NCBI GenBank assembly: GCA_046761065.1
Contig: JBHIFL010000072.1
Coordinates: 1-19,904, forward strand
Direction of reading: 5' to 3'
From: Candidatus Heimdallarchaeota archaeon
Lineage (GTDB): Archaea; Asgardarchaeota; Wukongarchaeia; Wukongarchaeales; JBHIFL01
Length of the DNA: 19,904 bases
Below, piece by piece: positions 1 to 7,246 of the stretch; the stretch's first letter is position 1, and each line of letters starts with the position of its first letter. The notes beneath the pieces are model-generated. The model ran no database searches. It saw only the letters and a program-made list of their open reading frames with translations, and was not told the origin of the DNA. The translations under genes were made by a program, and so were the position numbers.

Positions 1-246
1 AGCTTTTCTACAAGACTAGGATATCCAATCAACATTAAACCTAGGATCTGGATGACTGTCTCAGAGTGGGTCGTATTTTTCAGCGGTGTTCCTTAGATAG
101 TTCGTCTTGATCGTGTTCAACCGCAATGCCAGAATCCCCGGTCCTTTTGATTTATTAACACGATTTATTACTACAATGCGTATGTTCCTTTTGAACCCCT
201 TAAAGAAATATTCAAAAAGTTAAAAAAAGAAATAATCCGTTGTTCG

Positions 247-1821
247 ATGTCCGGGAGAATGAGAGGAACCAGATTGAACAAGAATCAAACAGCCAGAACA
301 AATTCAATTGCTGTTTTTTGGGATATGGAGAACTGTGCTCCTCCACGAGGAATGAAAGGCCCGGATATTGTAGGGAATTTAAGATCGACGCTTCAAGACT
401 TTGGGGTCATTCGTCAGATTAATGCATACGCTGAACTCCGGCTCATCCCGAAAGACCTTCGTATAGAGCTCCAACGATCTGGCGTGCACCTAATTGATGT
501 TCCGTCACAGGAAAAAGATGCCGCCGACAAAATGATCATCTCAGACCTGATTATGTTTGCAGTCGACAATCCATCCCCCCAGACCCTTGCTTTGATTTCA
601 GGTGACCGGGATTATGCGTATCCTCTAGCCAAACTACGCTTACGGGGATATGAGGTCATCTTATTGATCCCACCAGTCGGGGCACACCCGACCTTACAAG
701 CTCAAGCTGATCGTATCATCGACTGGTATGATCTCGCTAAAGGGGAGCAACTCGAAGGGCCCTCAATTCCAGAAACCTTGGCAACGATCCAATTCGAACC
801 TCTTGTTGCTACCTTGCAGCATTTGAGAGATTTGGGGGAGTTAAATCCCCTCTTTTCACGCGTCGGAGAACATTTAGCCCTCAAATATCCTGCCCGATGG
901 AAAAAAGTAGGTGTCACCCGCCTTAAGGATTATATGGAAGAGGCTGCAAAAGCGGGTTTGGTTTCCTGGGGCGGAAACCCACCCCGCTACTGGGTCACCT
1001 TGGTACTTCCCGAGGCCGATGCGGAAAAACCTCAAGATATGACCATTACCGACGACTCTCGCTTTGGCCCGCTCCTTGTGATCCTCAAGAAAGCACAAAT
1101 GATGGGAATTGATGAACCCGAGATGGCCTGGATTGGCTTCCAACTTCGATCAATGATGCCTGCATGGCGGGAACAGCTGGGATGCAGTCGCCTAATGGAC
1201 TATATCGTAGAGGCGGAGGACGCCGAGTTAATTGAAGTCCGACATGAAGGTCTCCAACATTACGTGCGTTTGAAGTCGCCTGATGTGGTCGAAAGCGCGG
1301 GAACTATTGAACAAACAGATCTTGATCTCCTCGAACACGCTTTGGAGACCCTTCGACAGGATAAACTCCTCCCAACCGAGAAGATAGTGCTGGCAAGAAT
1401 GAGAGAACTCTCAGATGGGTGGACTCTGCAACGATCTCCATTCAATAATACCCGCCAGTTATTTCGGGCAGCAGCTAACCTGCGGGGGATCATTATTAAA
1501 GGAGAGCCCCCAAATCGCCTAGTCTTTCCTGCGCAAGAGGAGTATGAAGGGTTTGACCCAAATGACTGTTCGGTTGATCCCTTCTCCGAAGAACAATGGG
1601 CTGCAGTACAGCAATTCCTCAGAGCTAATCCCCATATAAAGGAGAAAGGACGATATTTCTTTGCCAAATACCTTCAGAAAGAAGGACCCACTCAGTTACG
1701 TGAGTTAAGCTTGGGGGAACTCATGTTACTGGTTCAATTAACTGCTAATAGAGGTTGGATTTTTTTCAAAGGCCTGTTCTTGCATGTGTCCACTGATCTG
1801 TTAGATAAAAACGAACCTTGA
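247..1821 (+). CDS. NYN-domain (PIN-like, limkain-b1/MARF1-type) ribonuclease with two tandem OST-HTH/LOTUS-like repeats and a C-terminal OHA-like region
   Basis: 524-aa ORF. NYN motifs IAVFWDMENC, KDAADKMI and LISGDRDY keep their acidic residues. Two similar ~70-aa repeats start FEPLV (~aa183) and FGPLL (~aa273). The C-terminal region contains LLPTE...DPFSEEQW...GRYFFAKYL...LSLGELMLLV. Confidence 0.85.
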   Translation: MSGRMRGTRLNKNQTARTNSIAVFWDMENCAPPRGMKGPDIVGNLRSTLQDFGVIRQINAYAELRLIPKDLRIELQRSGVHLIDVPSQEKDAADKMIISDLIMFAVDNPSPQTLALISGDRDYAYPLAKLRLRGYEVILLIPPVGAHPTLQAQADRIIDWYDLAKGEQLEGPSIPETLATIQFEPLVATLQHLRDLGELNPLFSRVGEHLALKYPARWKKVGVTRLKDYMEEAAKAGLVSWGGNPPRYWVTLVLPEADAEKPQDMTITDDSRFGPLLVILKKAQMMGIDEPEMAWIGFQLRSMMPAWREQLGCSRLMDYIVEAEDAELIEVRHEGLQHYVRLKSPDVVESAGTIEQTDLDLLEHALETLRQDKLLPTEKIVLARMRELSDGWTLQRSPFNNTRQLFRAAANLRGIIIKGEPPNRLVFPAQEEYEGFDPNDCSVDPFSEEQWAAVQQFLRANPHIKEKGRYFFAKYLQKEGPTQLRELSLGELMLLVQLTANRGWIFFKGLFLHVSTDLLDKNEP

Positions 1822-2258
1822 AGCCTGTGACGAAGGTTTCATGTCTTGTGGGAACCTACTTGGAAGTGACCGATGTCGACTTGGCTGTGTGCCAACAGGC
1901 AGAAGGGGTCCTATCCCCGCCCCCCCGCCCCGCAGTGGGAAATGGCTGGTTTTTGTGGATTGCAACGAGGTCGATACAGTCCTGGGCTACGATTAAACAG
2001 ACGACAAAAGTAGGCCAGATAGGTGGTAGTGCGAAGGTCACGACTGCTAAACCGAACCCGTACGCGACGGATCCGAAGACCAAAGTGATCTGTGTGTACA
2101 CCTACGATTGGACGGATGAAGCCGATGTCTGTCGCATCCGGAGCGAGCTGCGCGCCCTCGGGATCACGCAGAAGATCCCCTACAAGGCGGATGCTGATAC
2201 CTTACGGGACAAGTATCGGGTCACTGGCCATCGGCGGATCAGCAAGTATTATGAATGA
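1818..2258 (+). pseudogene. DUF1917 / Bles03 (C11orf68)-like protein; 5' part frameshifted (pseudogene or sequencing error)
   Basis: The C-terminal half has SAKVTTAKPNP, VICVYTYDWTD and LGITQKIPYKAD. The family motif SGKWLVFV is present only in another frame (1934-1981). Removing single extra bases near 1881, ~1918 and 1982 restores a continuous family-like sequence. Confidence 0.75.
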
Positions 2259-3133
2259 TTTTGACAAACGAAAAAAGGGTCTTTCTCGCGGGATTGGGGT
2301 TTTCGACGGGAAAAAAGGAAAACTACAAGGCCAAGCGCTCCCAATGTGGGGAACCAATCCCAACCCGGTATATCTGGGGTTTGAGTGGAGGGAGATGTCG
2401 TCGCGGGGGGGACCAAATGAATTTCTGGCCATGTGTGTAAATCCCACCAATTTTCTAGAACCGGGTAGGAAAAGATAATCCGTTCCTCTAACTCGATATA
2501 ATAATATGAGAATCCGAGTACGTCGCCGGGTGTAAGGTTGCGGAGGTCTTGTTCCCCATAGGAGATTGCAAGTTCGACATGCCACCCCGTGGTGTTGTGC
2601 CGCATCACTGCTTGGAAATCCAGCTCTGAATGCTCGGCTTCGAGGTCGATCTCATCATCAAATTCCCAACCACTTGCTTGGTCATCCACGTTTCAGTAAG
2701 CATCATACATTAAGAAATCCCATGGGTCTATGCGTTTGTCATCTTCACTCCCATTGGTCAAGTTGTAATCCCGAATACCCCCATCAGGGCACTGATCAAA
2801 GCTAATGGAGAGCTTATCTGCTGCGCCTTCCGGATAGAGGTTTTTGGATGGATCTGGCACATAGGTCCCGACATATAAGTGGCTTGTCTCGTACGCCCCC
2901 CAAGTGGTCAAGGGGAGTGGGTCAACGTCGGGGAGAGAGATGTACCCGTTGTCTGCATAATAGGCTGAAAGGAAAAGGGTGAGCGGTTCTCCTCCCCCAT
3001 ACTCTAACGGGTCGATCGTCCCATCAAGTAGCGGCGCCTCGGAGACAAAAGGCGCTTCAAGGATGGCCGTGCTCGCGTGGATCGGTATGGTCGCAGAGGC
3101 AAGGGCGGTAACGAGGAAGAGCAGAACCAACAT
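2249..3133 (-). pseudogene. Secreted, cell-surface acidic protein (CBM9/DOMON-like) with a PGF-CTERM-like C-terminal anchor, interrupted by one in-frame TGA
   Basis: ORFs 2693-3133 and 2249-2689 share a frame and read ...MYDAY*NVDDQ..., with the stop at 2693-2695. There is an N-terminal hydrophobic signal, APLLDGTIDPLEY and LYVG motifs, a Thr/Pro linker, then IPGWDW + TM helix + RRK. Confidence 0.7.
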
Positions 3134-3574
3134 ACATCGGTTTGTTTGTATCGTTATTCACATCACCTTCCTTTGTAATGAAGTGTCTAACATCCTAATA
3201 TCTTTAGGAATGACTCATTGATTCATGTTGAGTTGAGATCTTGCGAGTTTTCGATTCTCACGAAATTGTGTGAACGAAAGGGGCTTATGGGTGTTATTTG
3301 GACATAGCATCACCCATCAAATCATTAAACCTTAGAGCACTATACCACAAAAACATAAGTGTACAGCATTATACTCAACATCATCGAAGATGATTAATGA
3401 AAAACCAGGAACGAAAAAAGAAGACTCCACCTTTTTAGATCCATACGGGTAGTTCTGCCTTGTTTTTGTTATTTATGCATGGCGAAGAACGAGGCAAACT
3501 CGTTTTGGAAGGAGGTCTCCTTTTCTTAGTCATACCTACCAACACTGTCAAATCGAAATCTTCGTAGGGAAGGC

Positions 3575-4306
3575 TTATTTGGGCTGGAGGGACCGTTTCA
3601 GCTTTTTGGCATGGGTCAAAAGGTCGTGGATGGGCATTTCTTGGTATCCATTCGCCGCGAATTGGGAAAACTCGCGGAGTAACCGAGCTCGTTCGGGTTC
3701 CGGGAGCTTGGAGATATAGGCATCAAAACGAGCCCAATTGGCTTGAATATGGTGATAGTATTTGTGACAAATCGCTTTCGCATGTTGGATATCGTGATGA
3801 GTGGGGGCGCCGACTGTGAACCCTTGACACACAAACCCCATGCCCTCCACCGTTCGCAAGTGGAGGCCAAACGTCATGCGGTTGCGGAGCTTGGAGGCCT
3901 GGTGGTGGTATGAAAACGGATAAAAGACGCAGAGGTGGGGTCGGATGAGATAGATGAGGCACCGATTCGTGTGCGGATTCAAAAAGATGCAGTGCCCCAT
4001 TTTTTGGCGAAGCGCGAACCCGCACAGATTGTCGACGGAGCGAGGCACTTGACAGATGAACTTGGCGAAGGGGACGTTTTTCACCCGTGGCAGGTGATGG
4101 CGGGCGAACGTCCGCCATTCGCGGGCTAACCGGGCGAATTCGTGGGGGGGCAACGGGACTTGCTGGTCATAACGACAGCATCCCCCACATTGGACACACT
4201 CCCAGCGAAAGTGTTTCGGGAGGAAAATGTCGTAAGAAGCGGATTCAATCACGAGAACCGTTTCCAGTTCGTCGGGGGAGAGGTTCAATTGATCCAAGGT
4301 AACCAA
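3575..4306 (-). CDS. YkgJ-family cysteine cluster (CxxCxxCC) protein
   Basis: FRWECVQCGGCC, CIFL...CLIYLIRPHLCVFYPF and a downstream CQGF. GGAGG RBS at 4316-4320 on the minus strand. Confidence 0.85.
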   Translation of the reverse strand: MVTLDQLNLSPDELETVLVIESASYDIFLPKHFRWECVQCGGCCRYDQQVPLPPHEFARLAREWRTFARHHLPRVKNVPFAKFICQVPRSVDNLCGFALRQKMGHCIFLNPHTNRCLIYLIRPHLCVFYPFSYHHQASKLRNRMTFGLHLRTVEGMGFVCQGFTVGAPTHHDIQHAKAICHKYYHHIQANWARFDAYISKLPEPERARLLREFSQFAANGYQEMPIHDLLTHAKKLKRSLQPK

Positions 4307-4553
4307 CCATAGCCGCCTCCATTAGACGTGGAATAGGCTGCAGGGCGACCGCCATTTGCAGCCCGGCACTCAGTTCTATAATTCCAATACCATTTTGATT
4401 TAAAGGCTTCAACGGGAACTTCATTTCGCCAAGCATTTTGTAAGGTAATTTGGATCTCGCAGTTTTCAATTGAGTACTGCCTAGGAATTAACGCAAGGAA
4501 TTGTCACAGTTCCCACGCGCCCAAGGGATTTGCGCCCGTTACCCTCCTATTGA

Positions 4554-4964
4554 TATGAACTGCTCAAAGGTACCTCTCCCACTCACAAGGACACGGACCA
4601 CGACTTCTTCCCAGACCCCCAAGATTCCTTTCCCACTCGCTCCAACTTTTGGTTCGTGGCAGCGATCGTGTTGTTGTTCCTAGGCGTGAGGGCTAAATGG
4701 ATCCATCAATATTACATCTGAAAACGACAAGAAACTCGTAAACGCCGTGAACGGGTGGAATTGGCATCCTTTGCTCAAGGGTTTTGCCCGCGGTGTGGTA
4801 CGGTGCTTCATGCTATCCAATGCCCCCACTGCGGGGTCACTGGATACGTTGGGACGTGTCCGCAATGTCGCACGCTTATTCCGGATGTGGTCAAACAATG
4901 CCCTCACTGTGGCGCCAAAGGGTATTATGGGGAAATTTACCGGGAAAACTCGACTGAAAATTAA
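4554..4964 (+). pseudogene. Remnant of a membrane protein: DTDxD Ca-binding-like repeat + TM helix + four-CxxC zinc ribbon. Only the 69-aa zinc-ribbon part (4755-4964) is open.
   Basis: The frame of ORF 4755-4964 reads YELLKGTSPTHKDTDHDFFPDPQDSFPTRSNFWFVAAIVLLFLGVRAKWIHQYYI*KRQETRKRRERVELASFAQGFCPRC...CPHC...CPQC...CPHC. TGA occurs at 4719-4721 and 4551-4553. Confidence 0.6.
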
Positions 4965-5022
4965 AATCGGATTCGAAAACCCATTAGATCTCCAAATGGA
5001 GGAAGAAAATGATTCGAAGTAA

Positions 5023-5328
5023 TTATGCTTGATGAACTTCGTTCCTTCCTCTGTTCGGAACATGTGTTTTCCGGGAGCAGGTCCGCCAGCACGGGTGCCG
5101 GGTCCCCCCCCACTGGCGTGCCAGCTCGCCAAACACTCCCACCGCCCTGCGTCGCAAATCCTTGTCTCCGGCTTTCATATCCTCTCGGAAGATGGTCAGC
5201 AAGGGCGCAGGATCCTCCAACCAGCCCCCAAGGGTGACAAGAGAATCCAGTGCCTGTCCCCCAAGTCTCTCGACTACCTCGTCTTGTTCTTCTGGTGGGA
5301 GACGGAACCGCACCAGTGGATCTTCCAT
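5023..5328 (-). pseudogene. HEAT-repeat-like protein fragment, frameshifted at a G8 run
   Basis: MEDPLV...WLEDPAPLLTIF...DKDLRRRAVGVFGELARQWG. A one-base shift at the C8 run (5104-5111) gives DPAPVLADLLPE, a second copy of the W-x-x-DPAP-L motif. Confidence 0.45.
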
Positions 5329-5889
5329 CGCGCCCACAAGGGTCACGGAGCGAATTGCGCGCAAAAGAAAAAGCCCAAAAGAGTCAATCGCAGAAACTCG
5401 TCGAGAATGGGGTTCTAGGCGTTCACACGTGAATAGATCCCGCAATGTGGGATATTTGGTAATCCTCCAGCCCTTGTATTATAGAGCGATCGTCCTCAAT
5501 ACATTTATCACAAGGTTTCCTTCTCGAAATTGTGGCATGATAGAAGGCGTATTGAACTTGATAGGGTAAACCGTCGAGCAATCATTTCTCCCCCAAAAAT
5601 TGACACGAACACCTTCGTACAAAACTTGAAGGATTAAAAGTCAAATAAACAAGGCAATAACTGTCGGTTGGGATATAAAGACCCCCTTGAGCACGCAGAA
5701 TCAAGGGTTCTCTAAAACACTCTTTATTCACCGTTTTTAGCCATCATTAATTTTCGTCGGACATTTTGAATAGTTCGAGAAATTCGAAATATTTAAATGC
5801 TCCTAAGGGTTCGAACTTATCAAGTGATCCAGATAGTTTCAGTGACCTCTCCGGGTGTCATCTGGGGGCATACCGAAAGGAGGCGTACG

Positions 5890-7245
5890 ATGTCCAAGCG
5901 GTTAAGGAAAGTGGCCATGGAAGCCGTACACGAAGCAGAAACGGAAGAATTGTCAGTAACCACCCCGTATGCCTTCTATGGGTTTGCAAAAGACCCATTT
6001 AACCCGATGCTGCCGTTAGATGTGGGCGAAGAGGAGCAAGAGGAGTTCGAAAACCATTTTGGGTACGATTTTTTCAGGGGGTTCATAAAAAAGATCGGTC
6101 AAGCGTATAATGCCAAATTAACCGAATATCACAGGTCCTATCGCGTGAATAAACGTTATACGACAAGTCATATTCCGAACCTGATTTTATGTGGGCCGCC
6201 AAATTCAGGGAGGACAACGATCTGTAGGATCCTTGTGGCGGTCCTGAACACTGCTGAAATTCTGGGGCCAGGGGCGGCGCTTTTCACGAGTACGAACGAA
6301 TGGGCCACGATGGGGGCGTCCATTGCGGAAGGGATGCAGTGCTGGCTGGATCCGGCGTATAGAAAAGAAGATGGGCGACCCTCGCTAGTTGGGCTGAAAG
6401 TGTTATTTATCGATCAGGCAGACCCCATTCCTGACTTTCTCGCAATGATTCATGCGCAAATTCAAGATTTAGCGCGGGGACCGGTGATATTGATTCCTGT
6501 GCTAACGCCCATTGGGTATGATTTTCTGGCGGAATACTGTGAAAAGGATGAGGACACCGATCAGTTATTTCGGTTAAGCTCGGAATCGACCGAACGAGCA
6601 CCGCTGACAATCTGGGTAAGACGATGGGATGTCAAGAACCTCACCAAGATGTTACGAGAGCGATTACAGGTGACTGGAGGGAAACTAAGTCCGTTCTCGG
6701 AAAAATTGCTGGAAGAAATCAGTAAACACTCCCTTGGCTTGCCGGGACAAGCGATTAAGTTAGCCGAGCACCTGATGAGGCGTGCAGAATTGTATGGGTT
6801 GGAAAAATGTGATGAAGCACATTTGGAGATCATCATGAATAGTCTCGGGATAACGACGGCGGAGCAAATTTTAAAGGGGGCCTTAGAAGAGAGCCAAGTG
6901 GTCTTGACAAGTGGGTTTGAACTTCCAAGGAAGGAGAACGACGGAACGATCCCACTTGGGGAAACCCGGAAAAAAATCCTCGAGGTGATTCTCCGCCAAA
7001 TAACGATTTTTGGAGATGATGAAGTCCGAAGGGAGATGTTATTAGATCCAAAAGGCCATGAAGCCACGCAACGGACCATAGATGTGAAAAGCTCGACACT
7101 AAGCTATCATTTAATCAATTTGGTGAAGGAGGGGGTGTTGTCTGAATCACGATATCGAAAATCTGTGGCGTATCGTATTCGAAAACCGATTGAGGCGGCC
7201 TTGCAGATAATCCTTTCAAGCAGCATGCGACGGGTAGTGATGTAG
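5890..7245 (+). CDS. AAA+ family P-loop protein (ExeA/Cdc6-like architecture) with C-terminal ArsR-like winged helix; catalytic motifs degenerate
   Basis: The ATG at 5890 follows an AGGAGG RBS (the ORF track starts at 5797). N-terminal YAFYGFAKDPF, Walker A GPPNSGRT, Walker B VLFIDQAD, lid region SLGLPG, wHTH KSSTLSYHLINLVKEGVL. Confidence 0.75.
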   Translation: MSKRLRKVAMEAVHEAETEELSVTTPYAFYGFAKDPFNPMLPLDVGEEEQEEFENHFGYDFFRGFIKKIGQAYNAKLTEYHRSYRVNKRYTTSHIPNLILCGPPNSGRTTICRILVAVLNTAEILGPGAALFTSTNEWATMGASIAEGMQCWLDPAYRKEDGRPSLVGLKVLFIDQADPIPDFLAMIHAQIQDLARGPVILIPVLTPIGYDFLAEYCEKDEDTDQLFRLSSESTERAPLTIWVRRWDVKNLTKMLRERLQVTGGKLSPFSEKLLEEISKHSLGLPGQAIKLAEHLMRRAELYGLEKCDEAHLEIIMNSLGITTAEQILKGALEESQVVLTSGFELPRKENDGTIPLGETRKKILEVILRQITIFGDDEVRREMLLDPKGHEATQRTIDVKSSTLSYHLINLVKEGVLSESRYRKSVAYRIRKPIEAALQIILSSSMRRVVM

Positions 7246-7246
7246 G

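Noticed and set aside
1-246. Possible gene end at the left edge and a TTTTGAA/TTCAAAA inverted repeat (189-217)
   Set aside because: Too short to assign, and such AT-rich palindromes are expected by chance.
3249-3525. Short hairpins (3249-3279; AACGAG-N5-CTCGTT at 3488-3504; AAGGAG/CTCCTT at 3509-3522) as an ncRNA or SECIS
   Set aside because: The stems are short, no family motif is recognisable, and they do not lie 3' of the TGA-containing gene.
2693-4721. Genome-wide TGA recoding (Trp/Gly/Sec) suggested by several in-frame TGA codons
   Set aside because: TGA is the evident stop of the NYN gene, nurA, herA and pepD, and Trp is encoded by TGG throughout. Nonsense mutation is simpler.
5797-5889. 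ORF-track N-terminus of the AAA+ gene
   Set aside because: ATG 5797 overlaps the TATA-like box, whereas ATG 5890 has a clear AGGAGG RBS.
5797-7245. TnsC-like ATPase of a Tn7-like transposon, or a true Cdc6/Orc1 initiator
   Set aside because: No transposase, TniQ, terminal repeats or ORB elements are visible, and the catalytic motifs are degenerate.
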